Assembly (NCBI GenBank): GCA_028534125.1
Contig: CM052816.1
Coordinates: 82,400,001 to 82,464,000, forward strand
DNA: 64,000 nucleotides
From: Lama glama
Taxonomy: Eukaryota
Direction: 5' to 3'
Shown here: positions 50,271-63,260 of the stretch, one piece after another
How positions within the stretch are numbered: the stretch's first letter is position 1
Layout of the letters: each line of letters starts with the position of its first letter
Notes under the pieces: generated by a model
What the model was told of the DNA's origin: nothing
Seen by the model: only the letters and a program-made list of their open reading frames with translations
Databases searched by the model: none
Made by a program: the position numbers and the translations under genes

Positions 50271-51751
50271 GTTTTTAAAAACATTTGTTAGTAAAATGAG
50301 AACATCTGGAATAGAGCTTGACTTTTTTGTACGTGTTGTCTTGTATTTTGCAAAAAAAAAACTTTGCTTATAATTCATGTTCACCTGACACTAGTCACCT
50401 ACCTCCTTTCCTTCTAATTTGTTGCTTCTAATCTGCTGTAAAACAAGACATCTGTAGCTAGACTTTTTAACATTAAAGTTAAATAAGCTGTGGTCTAAAG
50501 AACTTCTTGGGAAGAGGGCGGGCACATGGTTTGGTACATGGACATTTTAACATTTATTTTGGCACCCAGGTGCCATTTTATTTCCTGAAAGTTTCTTTTC
50601 TGTATTCCTGGAAAAGAAATATCTGAGGTGATCATTAACTCGAAGGTTTTATTTTTTTTCCTTTTTTACTTGACAGAGATACAGAGAGACAGGGAGACAG
50701 AAAGACAGAGAGAAATAAAAAGTGGTCTCCTACATAAGCTACAAAAAAGGCTCACACTTTGGATATGAGACCACACTAACCCTGAAGTAATATTTTGAAT
50801 GAGAAGAGTTTGGGCACCTTTAAATAGTCACAGTATTTTTTTTTCCTTAAGTTTCAACATTTTACATTCACAAATTTCTTATCTTTGAGGTCACATCTTT
50901 TCCTAATATTTGAAGAACCAGTGATTCAAAATGCGGGCAAAAAAGTCAAATCATGTTTTGAGCAGAGAGCAGGCAGCGGCAGGTCTTGGGATTTATTCCT
51001 GCCTGCACAAGTGACTTGCAATGCAGTGGGGCATGCTGCCACTAAATCTCTCTGAAGATTGCCAGTCGACAACGTGGGCAGAGCCACAGAGTTTTGTAGA
51101 GGTATTTTATGTTTGTAAATACTCCAAGACCCTTGACCTAAAGATGCTATCGAGGTACAAAGTATTATTTTCAAGTGACTGAACATCTTGCACCCCTGAA
51201 CTCTGCAGAATAAAGTGCTTTACTTAACACTTCTTGTGTTTGGCTTTCCTGATGGCTAGACACGAAAGAAATAAAGAAGATCCAAATAATGTTGTTTTAG
51301 TCTCTTGTTTTAAGAACATCATGCTGCATAGCAAATCTCACACTGGTTTTGAGGGTATTCCTTTTTGTATTATACAGTATTTCTCCACTTTCCATGCATC
51401 TGTTTAGTTTTATGGATCTCGAGATCTAGCTGCAATTTAAAGGAAAAGAAAGGTCAATGCCCTAGAGATACCCTCAGAATAACTCATGAGCCACATAAGG
51501 CCACCAGGAGGTTCCCGTATGTATCATGCACATGTGGCAATTTCTTTCCCTTACGTTTGGAACATGCTGAAGAGAAAGGTGATGCTGAGGGCAGCATCTT
51601 CCGTGGTACAGCAATCTCCTGCCTCTCCTGTTCCCCTTCAAAAGAACTCTTCCAAAGATATCCGTGTCTTCTCAATTTTGCAAAATGTGAGAATGTGGCT
51701 GAGTGGCTTTCTCACAAGCAGGGCGGAAGGAAAGGCAACGTGTGTTGAAAC

Positions 51752-52294
51752 TGTTACCTAGTCTAAACTCGTTCTGCTCACTGCATGACAGGCCAGTAAA
51801 TTGGGAGACAAAGTATTGGAGCAAACAATATCAACTTTATTCACAAAGCCAGCAGACCAAGAAGATGGCAGACTAATGTTTTGGTCTTCCCAAACATCTT
51901 CCCCAAGTCTGAATTCAGGCTCCTTTTATACCTCAAAGAGGAGAGGGTGTGGTTGGTTGTTGCAAACTTCTTGGTGTAGATATTCTTTGTTCTTGGAATC
52001 CTTTATTCTTGCAGCTGTCCACAGTGGGTCAGGTCACGGTGCCCCTGTAAAACCTCTAACAAAACAAATGTTATTTTCTATTCTGCAACTTGTTATCTTT
52101 ACATAAGCGCAAAAGTGTTAATATCCTTAAAGGCTAGAGCCTTGAGAATAGGCTCTTCTGCATATTCCAGGCTAAAGGAAACATTCTTTTACAAAAGGTG
52201 CAGACCAGCAAGGCTAAGCCTAGAAAACAGGCTTCAGGGTTAAAGCCAACGGAACAGATCTAATATGGAGTCAGATTTGTTCTTTTCTGTTACA
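51752..52294 (-). mobile_element. ERV1 solo LTR, artiodactyl MER41-like, full length
   Basis: Minus strand starts TGTAACAGAAAAGAACAAATCTGACTCCATATTAGATC and ends GGTAACA. Perfect 4-bp TSD aaac (51748-51751, 52295-52298). TATAAAA at 51924-51930 and AATAAA at 51836-51841 lie in LTR order. Solo-LTR status is well supported; the family name is recalled. Confidence 0.85.
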
Positions 52295-52999
52295 AAACTG
52301 TCACTGATGTAAGTTTCTTTTTGCTTTAGAGTGGCTTACACATGGTGGGGATGGGGGAGAGTTATCAGAACACACACTTCAGTAGGCATTGAATTGCCTG
52401 CATAATTACCTTTCTCCACTGTCTCATTCGTTGAGAAAAACCTCCCTTGTAGGCGTTTTAAGATACACTGCGAGTATACTTCACCATTTTTTCCAACTTG
52501 TTTCAGGTACTACAGTTAGTTATTTGCTTTACCTCACAGCCATTAGGTTAGCCTTATAAATGTCGGCCTGAGTGAATGGTTTCCCTTAACATGGTGTCTA
52601 GAGGTCTAACTAATGGTACCATTATAAAGTGAGGAAAGGAAACAGCTATAAGAATCACAGTCCTTCGTGGAAATTGTCTTGTTCCTTCTGATTTGTGAAG
52701 TCTGCCAACTGTAAAGAGTTCCTTGATTGAGGCTAACAGCCCTTGAACGTAGGGATGGAGTTGAGTTTTAATGCAATTGAGTTGAAAACTGTACAGTATT
52801 TTGTAGACCCACATCGATTGGCAGGCTGGCAAATGAGGACTGGCAAAAAAACTCACACCAATAAAACGTCTCTTAGGCTCATCTACCTCAAATGCTTTTT
52901 CTATCAGCATTGGCGTATTTGTCCCAGCTCCCTGATCTCAAGTCCTTGTGAGGAAGTATAACTGCATTTCTCAGAGTCACCTCTGAATCACATCAGTCA

Positions 53000-54560
53000 T
53001 GACTTTCTTATATCATGTGCAGCAAGGTTTTTCTCTGCTAGTCTCCTGGAGGTTCCCTACTTTTTTGGCTTCTCTTATGACTTCCTACCAGTTTTTTTTT
53101 TCCTGCAACTTTGCCAGTTTCTTCTCTGTCTCCTTCCTGATTTCCTCTTCTTCCTTTCATCTCTTAACTGCTAGTCTTGTCTTCTTCCCATCGCTCTTGT
53201 CAGGTTACAGTCTTCTCCTCAGAAATCTCATCCTCACTTACCATTTTATAGTTGCTTAAATGCTTATGATTCCCGACCATATATCTTGTCTTGACCACTC
53301 TGCTGATGGTCAGATTTATACGGTCTGCTCTGTCTGTCCATTTGAGTTTCACAGGCACTTCAGATGAATTGTGTTCAGAAACTAAGTCCACTCTCCTCTC
53401 TCTTTGAATCATCCTCTTGAATTCTTAGTGCCAGTTACTGACACACCACCCCCTGAGCCAGCTGATAGAGACAGAAAATCAGTAATCATCCTAGGTATTT
53501 CCTTCTTCACTTTTCCTAGCCCATCAGCCCCATACTCCTTTCCATTTCAACTCTCAGATATTTCTAGAGTCTTTCCTTATTTTTTCATCACTGCTGTTGC
53601 TGCGCAGGTCAGTGGTTTTTTTCTTATCAGGGTTATTCTAACAGGATCCTAACTAGGCTCTTTCTTTCCGGTTTCACCTTGTCCTAGTTTATGCCCTAGA
53701 AGGATACTTCTAAAATACAAAGCTGACTATAATGCTTTTACAATTAGAATGGTATTCTTTCTTTATAAAATTGATACCAAGCCCCATAATATGACCCAAA
53801 AGACTGCCTTTGTTTTCTTATTATATTTTGGTCTTCCTTCTCCACACTGACTCTCCCTTCAGCCATTAGTAACTCTCTCTCAACTGTTAGACTAAGTTAA
53901 GCATAGGCTATTCTGGAGACCTTCCTTTTCCTCCTCAGACTGAGCTGAGGGCCTCTTCTCTTACCTCCATAGCAACGTATTCACAGCATTCTCACAGCAC
54001 TTGTGAAGTTGCAGGAGAAATATGTTCATCATTCTACCAGGTCTTCCACGGCACTATTCCTGCCATCCTTCTCCTCCCAGAGCCCAGTACAGTGCTTGGA
54101 CCACACCTGGTGCTTAACAAATTTGAACTGAGCCAGAATAGTCCAGGTTCTTATGATTTCAAACAAATGCTGCAATATCTTCATAACTGATCTCCCTGCC
54201 TCCGAGGCATTCTCACTACAATCTGTCTTGTACACAACTGATAGGTGAATAGAAATAAAGCACTGTTTTTATGATTTTCCTTCCAGCTCAGGATCTACAA
54301 AAGCCTCCTAATGCTTTATGAAGATTTATGATCAAATGTATCTGTCTTTCCTTGTGTGCCTGGTCCTACCTTATCTATTCAAATACATCAACGTCTGCTC
54401 CTCAACTCATATCTCTTCTCAACTCACTCTGCTTTCCTTTGCCATCATCACTTGTAGGTCAATAATCATAAACTTACAAAAGATTTTCATGGTGTGTGCT
54501 TACTCCCTTATCTACTAATTTTTCCTCTCTTCCTACCTGAATACTTTGCCTTCCTTGTGC
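53000..54560 (+). mobile_element. cluster of L2 LINE fragments
   Basis: Pyrimidine-rich L2 body, with a 3' end cccagagcccagtacagtgcttggaccacacctggtgcttaacaaatttgaactga near 54075-54131. Confidence 0.75.
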
Positions 54561-57329
54561 CCTAATTGAAATTCCTGTTTTCTTGAAGGTTCAAGTCACC
54601 ATTGTCACTTCTATGATATCTATGACAAGAAAAGATGTAGTTGGAATTTAAATGTTAGAAGTGGCCACTTGGTCTTTTGTGTCTCCAAGATCCTTCCAAG
54701 CTCCTTCCATGTTCTTATTTAGGAAGTCTAAATAGCTTACCGTTTGTGCTTGTTACCACAGATCTCTGAAGAGTAGCTTCTCTACTAGAGAGCAACCTTT
54801 ATCACATGCTTTGCTGTACACCCGAAACTCTGTATGCCCTTGAAGCATTTAAAAAAATAATGTGCTAGCCATAAAAAAAAATTTATCTGTGTGCTCATTG
54901 TCCTGCTGGTGATTCTGCTCTCTTTTGTTGGAACATTTAAAAATAGAACTGTTTAAAATCAAACAGGAATGAACCTTTGGTCACTGATGGTGAAGTTCAT
55001 GTGTCTGATGTTATTCTTCCAAATACTAACTCATAGTGAAAGTACCATGACATCTACTTCACATCCCACCTAACACATTTCAGCTTGGACCACTGATGCT
55101 TCTCTCCCAGGGGACCAAAATCACGGGAACAGGAGTGCCTACATGAACCTGTATTCTAGTAATAGAGGTTTTACTCTACCTATATTTTTCTAATAAAGAC
55201 ACATAGCCTTGCTTTTTACCGTACTATTTCTCCCACTCTAAATATCTTTCCCAAGTTTTTATATTTTTTAAAGCATATCTTATCTTTCCAAGTAGCTTCA
55301 GAGTTTCTCAAAGGTAGAGATTAACTATTCTATCACCATATATTTTCATCCATGGTCCTTGGAACAGAAGATATTCTCTTCATGGATGGCATCTACTAAG
55401 ATTTTCTTCTCCTTCTGTGAAATAAATTTAATTTCTCCTCATATTTAAATTCATTCCTGGAAGATAGCTGATACATCCTTAAGTATCTTTTCTTGTAGTA
55501 ATTTTAGAAAGTCCTTCAAATATTTAGAAAAATTATTTTTTTCTGCATTATGACATTGATCATGACTCAGCTCACAGAAAAGAGATTTTGCTCTACAACT
55601 AGTAAGACTACTGTTCCATGTACAAACAGTAACCTGTACATAATACATTGTATTGATATGCCAGTGGCCTAATAAACTAGACTTGAAATAAAGGATATGT
55701 TGAGCTGTTTTTGCTTTTTAATCCAGTTCAGTAAGGTGATAGGAACATAGTATTTGGAAAAAAGGGTGTTAGTTTACAGATTTACTTTCCTTTGGCTGCC
55801 TACTGTGGATTTCTTTTTATTTTCATACACATCGGCAATATTATGTGAAACCATGAGCGCCTATGTCATGGAGACTAGCTCTTTGCCCTCCACCCTCGCC
55901 AAAAAAATTGGGAAAAACAATGATAGTAATACAAAGATAAAGTGCCACATTCTGTGTAATGTGATCTACTGTATAGCCAACAACCACTTTTTCACATGTT
56001 ATAACTGGATGGGATTTATGTTTCAGGTTAAAGCTTCACAAGCAAGCAAATTCTAGAGATTTTTTAAATGTAATTTCAGTGGTAGCAATAAAACCCTCCA
56101 GGGAGTCCAGCATTATTTACAGAGTCAATTGGGCTATGACAGTGATCCTTCCTTTTATCTCTTATATAGCTCAAACTCCATTTTCCAGCTTTTTCTCAGA
56201 GCTCTACAACCTATAACTTAAAACAGCATATATCAGGTGCACTAAAGTCTGCCCTTCCCATCAGGGGACTTGTGCAATTGACTTGCTGTCCTGGTGGGAA
56301 GATGAGCAAATTGGTATGGGGCAAAAGGTCCATCTGCATTCATGGTGTGCTAATGTCTTTGTAGATGAAAAAATTATAATAACCCTCCTGGATTTACCAC
56401 ATATGCATATCTTTTTTTAAAAAAACACACATGTGTAAATTCTTTGAAGATACTTTAAATGAAACTGAACAGGTTATTTCATCATAATACTAATTACTGA
56501 TGGCCTCCTGCCTCCAATTTGAGAGGTACTTCCATGGGAAAGAATGTTGTCCTGAAATCTCCATTCAGACAGGACCCTGGTCAGACAGAGGCATCTAGCT
56601 TCCTCCATCTCTTTCATTTATTAATCTCATATCCAGTGTGTGACAGTTTAAGCTATTCACTATTATTTAATTTGTAATGAGCACAGCCCATCTGAATTTC
56701 AAAGTACTAGATCCCAGTGTTTGTTTCACGTTCCATGTCCTGCTGTATTGAGGGGATGTTTCTGGTGAAATCAATTAATTAACAGTCAATCACAAGAACC
56801 CTGTCTTGTGCCAACATGCACTGTATAAACATGATTAATAAAAGAATACCCTGGAGTAAAAGAGGTCAGTTGCTGCATCATGACATTAAAAATGGGATTG
56901 TGGCATGTCAACAACTTTAATTGAATTAAGTGTTCCATGAAAAGAATTGAAAAAGTCAAAATGAGAAGCAGCGTTCTTCATTATTTCCAAAATTGTTGAT
57001 GCAAGATTTTTTTCTTTAGCAAGGGACTTTTGCATCCCTAAAAGAAATACCGAAGTGTCAGTTGACCTCTCTGAGAAAGAATGCTGAAACACCTCCATCA
57101 ATACTAAGAAAGGCTAAAACTTGATGTGATATTTATTAAATCCTCAGTTATTTTTGATCTTTTTAATTTTATAATAATAATAAATTCAATAAGAGAATTT
57201 CAGAAGATATAATTATGTACAAATTCTAAAGAGGAATTTTTGTAAGTATGGGTTACTTTGCCTTTTCTTAATCTGTCCCAAACATTCTTTTTTAGATTAC
57301 TAAAAAAGTTTTTATTGCTTAAAAAAACT

Positions 57330-57780
57330 ATGAATAATTGATATACAATAAAGCTTATAGCTCTTAAGTGTTGCAATTTGATGAGTTTTAACATTTGCAT
57401 ACACGCTTGTTTAAAAGATAATGTTTTACTAACCCAGGAAATTTCGTCATGATCCTTTCTATTAAGTCACTCACTGCCACCATATGCTACCACTTACTCT
57501 ATCACCATGGGTGAGTTTTAGCTGATCTAGAACTTTATACAAATGGAATCATACAATATGCACTCACACAATGTTCTTGAGGTTTATCAATGTAGCAGTA
57601 GAAATATGGTCTTTATCAATAGTCTGTTCCTTTTTATTGCTGATTATTATTTTTAAAATTTATTTATATATTATTTTATAATTATTATTTTATTGCTGAT
57701 TATTATTATTGTGTGGATATAACATAATTTGTATTTCTGTTTTCCTGTTGACGGACATTTGGGTTGTTTCCAGTTGTCTC
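57330..57780 (-). mobile_element. LINE-1 3' end, L1ME/L1MC-type
   Basis: ataattgatatacaataaa...tctagaactttatacaaatggaatcatacaatatgcactc...cctgttgacggacatttgggttgtttccagtt. Confidence 0.85.
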
Positions 57781-58559
57781 ACACTTTCAAAAATTGCTCT
57801 ATTAAATTTCACTTCATAGAAATGCATAACCTCTTCACCTCACTGTTCTCCCACTTGGGCAGCTAAAGCTGTTTCCTCATTTTTCTGAAGAAGTTGAGTA
57901 ATTTTAAATGAATGATGGAAAAAACATGTCTATAATTGGTGAAGAATTTAGCTATGGCTGCTAATGACTTAGAACAGTTGTACTTTTCTAAAAAAAAAAT
58001 AATACCCTAAAATTATTAGAAGTCTTATTTAGATCATAAATACATGCAAATTTAAATATTGTAAAAATAATGTATAAGATGTTATAGTTTATACAAATGA
58101 TAGGTATCTGGATAATATTTTTAAAATATTCCATGAAATAAAATATCTCTATTCTACTTAATTGTATTAAAAAATTTCCACTTATTGGTATTCTTTCATT
58201 TCTCTTTGTTCTAGAAGTTTAAGTAAATCAGGGTATGCAAAGATACAGATTTGTGTGCATATATTTTTAGCTATCAAGAAAATGCTTGTTCTAAAATGCC
58301 ATAATTATGTATAGAGCAATACCTCTGTCCAAAGACCGTAATTATTTAGAATAGAGTGGGCATACTGTTAACACAATTTACCTCATTGTTCAAAATAGCT
58401 GTAGAAATGGTCCTACTTCAGATGATTGACAACTGCTTTGAAAGTCTCAAGGGATGGGCCAAATATTAAATTAAAGGCATGTCATAACACATTTTTTAGC
58501 TTGTCGTTTTGCTGCATCTGATTTTACATTATGATTGTGATATGGAATTAAATTTCCCC

Positions 58560-59780
58560 TAATGGATGATTTCTTTTCTTTCTCCCTCCAAACTGTTAGC
58601 TCCTTGTGAACAGGGTTTATTTTTTGTTCACCTCTGTGTCTTTGAATCCTAATGTCTACCCCAATGCCCAGAACACGGTAGGAAATACACATTGGTAGGC
58701 TGATGTATACCATGACTAGACTTGACTGATACGTGCACTGTTTTGTGCTGCATCAGATACCACACCAGTCAAAATGATCAAAAGAACAAACTTTTTTTCA
58801 TTTTTGTAATTTATCTTAAATAATTTTCCTTATTTAATTCTTAACTAACTAGAAGCCAGATTGGTGCTGTTTGATACTTGCCTAATGCTTTCCACTTTCT
58901 AGTGTGAACAATCAACTGCATTTACTACTAGGAGAAATGGTTTCTAGAGCCTGGAGGCTGTGGTAAAATCCACACACTGATGATTGTTCTCAGCTGAAAG
59001 GATTGTCTATGCCTCTTATCTCTACTCCCACTCAGTCTCTGACTCTCTATTCTGCTTCTGACCATAACATTCCACGTGTTGTCAAATCCAATAGACACTT
59101 TACTCATCTTCCTAAAACTGGCATAATGTTGACACACTCACTGGTCACTTCCTTCTCCCTCAAACACTCTCCCTTCCTGGCACTCTCATGGTTATCTGCC
59201 TGCCTGTAGGACATGTTCTCAGTCTTCTTCTTGGTCCCTCCTTCTTAGTCCACATCAGAATCCTCTTGCAGCCCACCTGGGCCTTTTCTTCGTTCCTCCC
59301 TGTTGCCTTGGAAGACTGCAGCAACCTCTACTGTGTTACATCCTCACACAGGTTGATGACGTCTTATGTCTCCTGAGCTCCGGACTTGCATATGCAACTA
59401 CCTACTTGGCATCTGTTTTCAGATGTCTCACTGCCATTGCAAATTAAACAAAGATTGCAAAAGAGAAGTCTTGATTTGTGTTAGCAAAGTGTCCTTTACA
59501 GTCTACTCCGGTAAGTGGAAGCTATCTACTCTCTTGCTCAAACTAGAATCCTCCTGCGAGGCATGATAGACCCTTATTTCATCTCAGCCTTTCAATTCAT
59601 CAGCAAATTCTGTCAATTCTACTTTCAAAATATACCTTGAGATCATCTGTTTCTTTCCATTTTTCATCTGTTTCCACCTTGTTGGGGCTACTGTCATGTC
59701 TCCTGGACTATAGCATTTGCCCCTGATTGACCTCTGTTCCTTCTCTTTCTCTTTCAAGTCTATTCTCCACACAGCAGTGT
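58560..59780 (+). mobile_element. L2 LINE fragments (~58560-58710 and ~59000-59780)
   Basis: ctgttagctccttgtgaacaggg...ccaatgcccagaacacggtagg; tctcctgagctccggacttgcatatgcaactacctacttggcatct...tctattctccacacagcag. Confidence 0.8.
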
Positions 59781-59897
59781 TAAGAATAAGATTCGTTTTT
59801 TTTTTAATTGAATGAGATTCTTTAAGTCCTATAGTGCTTTACAATTTTCAAAAGTTTCACACACATGACTTCATATAAAGAATAAGATACTTTTAGG

Positions 59898-60712
59898 ACA
59901 AATTATAAGACTGGAGACCATAAATCTCTTAGAAAGGAACATAGGTGGTACACTCTTTGACATAAATCATAGCAATATTTCTTTGGATCCATCTCTTAGG
60001 GCAACAGAAACAAAAACAAAAAAAAACAAATGAGACAATTAAATGTAAAAGCTTTTGTACAACAAAGGAAACCATCAACAAGAGGAAAAGACAATCTGCT
60101 GAATGGGAGAAAATATTTGCAAGTGATATGACTGATAAGAGGTTAATATCCAAAACATATAAACAATTCATACAGTGCAATATCAAAAAGATAAACAACC
60201 CAATCAAAAAATGGGCACAAGACCTGAATAAACGTTTTTCAAAGAAGACATAGAGATGGCCAACAGGCACATGAAAATATGCTGAACATCACTAATCATC
60301 AGAGAAATGCAAATCAAAACCATGTCAGAATGGCTATCATCAAAAATACTACAAATAACAAATATTGGTGAGGATGTGGAGAAAAGGGAACACTTGTGCT
60401 CTGTTGGTAGGAATGTAAATTGGTACAGCCACTATTGAAAACAGTATGGAGGTTTCTCAAAAAACTAAAAATAAAACTGCCATGTGATCCAGCAATTCCA
60501 CTCCGGGGTATGTATCTGAAGAAAAAGGAAACACTAATTTGAAAAGATATATGCATCCTAATTTTCATAGCAAGATTATTTACAATAGCCAAGATATGGA
60601 AGCAACCTAAGTATCTATCAACAGACAAATTGATAAAAAGATATACATATGTGTGTGTGTGTGTGTGTGTATTTGCACATACATTGGAATATTACTCGGC
60701 CATGAAAAAGAA
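59898..60712 (+). pseudogene. disabled LINE-1 ORF2 C-terminal fragment
   Basis: Translates as TINLLERNIGGTLFDINHSN...KETINKRKRQSAEWEKIFASD...[36 protein letters not shown], the L1 ORF2 Cys-rich domain with stops and frameshifts. Internal (TG)n at ~60650-60670. Confidence 0.95.
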
Positions 60713-61235
60713 TCACGTAAGCTCTCTGTGCCTAAATTCATTTTCTTCACCTATACAGAAAATGATAAAAATAATAGTTTCAATGTCACAGAGTTTCTTT
60801 GAGTACTAAATGTAAAATGTTTCTCAGAGTGCAAATCCTGAGTGCTCACTAAGAGTTGGCTCTTAGCACTCTCAGTTACTGTAGCATTGCCCAGCACTCA
60901 CTCCACCTGCTTCTTATCCTTCAGCTCTCACTTTTAAACATCATCTACTTGAAGGAGGCCTTTCCTGAGCAGCTTGGGTACTTCTAGCCCTCCTTGTAAT
61001 TTTTTATATTGCATTTCTTCATTCATGTCCATTATAGGACTTAGCACAATGTGCAAATATTTCGTTTACTTGGTTCCTTTCTTCTCTAACTCTCTCCGTC
61101 TCTTTCTTTCTCTCTTTTTCCCCCTTTTGGTTGCTAGAATGAAAGATCCTGGAAGACAAGAATCCTGCACTTGACTCAATGCCTGCATATGGTAAGTGCT
61201 TATAAATATTTTTTTGACTGAATCAGTGAATAACA
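60713..61235 (+). mobile_element. MIR fragment followed by an L2 3' fragment
   Basis: aagctctctgtgcct...aaaatgataaaaataatag; then caatgcctgcatatggtaagtgcttataaatatttttttgactgaat. Confidence 0.7.
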
Positions 61236-61834
61236 TTCTAGCGGCTGGGGATTCATATACACTTCCCAGACATAGTGATAGTCACTTGTATGTATTTGTC
61301 ACCACTTGGTGACAGATCCAACTTCAGGGTAGATATGAGAAAGGACAGAAAATATCTCTGAGCACCCCAAATTGACAGAACCTGTGACTTGAGAACCCTC
61401 TCGATTTCCATCTAGAAATGTATATACCTTAATGCCATGTCACTAGAATGAAGAAGTCTATATACTTCCACATAAATATATGTATAACTTTCATCCAGCT
61501 TTATAATTCTCCTGTATATAAAACTATATATTTTCATTATATAATTAGCTCTTACTTTCATTGGAGATAATTATTCCCTTTTGAATTGAATAATATAATT
61601 AAATAATATGTTTTAACTTGCTGATTATCCAATGAGAAGAGTTACATAAGAGCAGTTAAAATAAATCAAGTGATGAAAGTCCACTGGAAGTTTCCCTGTG
61701 GGTTTGTGTGTGTGTTGTTTTTGTTTTTGTTTTGTTTTCAACAAATGCTCTAGTGTTAGATCTAAGCGCCCAGGACAAGAGAAGGGGTTTTCTAATTAAG
61801 TCACTTTCTGTAGTGACTGATAATTGACTGTCAC

Positions 61835-63260
61835 TTTTTATGATTCAAATAAAAAAAAATTATGTTTGTAAGTATAACATACACAGAGTAAAGTTTACAA
61901 ATGTAAAATGTACCTCTTAGTAAAGTTTCACAAAGTGAATACATCTTTGAAACTAATATCCAGATTAATAAATAGAATTATCGCTAGCCCTGTACTCTTG
62001 CCTTTCTCACCTCCTCCCAGACATGCTACCCACCTCCTCCCAGTAGGTAAATAAAATCCTGAATTCTGATATCATAGCTAAGTTTCTCTGCTTTTGAATT
62101 TTATTTAAATAGAACCATACACTGTGTACTTTTCAGAGTTTGGCTTCTTTTGCTCAATATTTGCTTCATGAGATTAATCACATTGTTTAATGTAGAAGAA
62201 GTTATTTCTTTTTATTTTGTATATATATTTTTTATTGAAGTATAGTCAGTTAACAATGTATGTTTCTATTTTATGGATTAGAGATTCTTCTAAAGATTTT
62301 AGATTTTATAGGTATTTATTTTATTTTACTGTTGATGAAAAATTTTTATAGATTAGAGATTCTTTTAGAGATTTTTTAGATAACTTATTTTACTGTTGAT
62401 GGACATTTCTTTCAGTTTTTGGCTGCTATAAACAATGATGCTATAAGCATTTATGTTCATGTCTTTTAGAACATGTGGGTACCCTTTGCTGGTTATATAC
62501 CAGGAATAGAAATTGGGTCACAGAACATTTCTATATACAACTTTATAAGACATTACCAAAGGCATTCTTAAAGTTATTATACCAATGTGTACTTCTGTTT
62601 GCAAAGCTGGAGTGTGAATTGGTGTGTAAGTTGGGAGTTCTTCACTAATACTCAGTATTGTCAGTGTTTTTAATTTTATCCATTAAAGTAGGAGTCTACT
62701 GAAATCTTATTATGATTTTAATGAATATTTTCCTGAGGAATAATGAGTGCCTTTTTATATATTTATCGACCATCTGGATATCCTCTTTTGTGAAGTGCTT
62801 CTTCCTCATGTCTTTTGTTCATTTTTCCAAGGGGATTTCTGGGATTTTTTGGTTGACATTTTAGAAGTTCTTTATTTATTTTGCCTACAAATCCTTTGTG
62901 TGCTAAGTGTATTATAAACATATTTGTTACTGTTTTTTGATTCAATGTTCTCTTGGTGAAAAAAAATTTTACTCTCAATGTAGTCTGATTTATCAATTTT
63001 TCCATTTTTGTTTAATGCTTTTTATGTCCTATTTGAAAAATTTTGAGTGTCTCAAAGTCATGAAGATATTCTTTCATGTTATCACATAGAATTTTGTTAT
63101 CTTTTAGATTTAGATATATAAATCATTTGGAATTGAATTTTGGATATGGTGTAAGATTTTCTTTTTAATTTTTATGATATTTTATTTACTTGACATCATT
63201 TTTTGAAAAGACCATTCTTACTCCACTGATCTTTTCCACAAACCAAGTGTTTATATAGTT
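61835..63260 (-). mobile_element. old LINE-1 (L1ME-type) 3' portion
   Basis: tttggcttcttttgctcaatat...catgagatt...gttgatggacattt...tttggctgctataaacaatgatgctata...ccatctggatatcctcttttgtgaagtg...tttttgaaaagaccattctt. Confidence 0.88.

Noticed and set aside
51801..52106. 101-aa ORF
   Set aside because: Antisense within the solo ERV1 LTR; no gag, pol or env sequence is adjacent.
57051..57103. Possible minus-strand exon (LMEVFQHSFSERSTDTS)
   Set aside because: The donor TCG|gtattt is weak and there is no supporting context.
59929..60628. Hydrophobic minus-strand ORFs of 113 and 104 aa
   Set aside because: Antisense frames of L1 ORF2, a common source of spurious membrane-protein-like ORFs.
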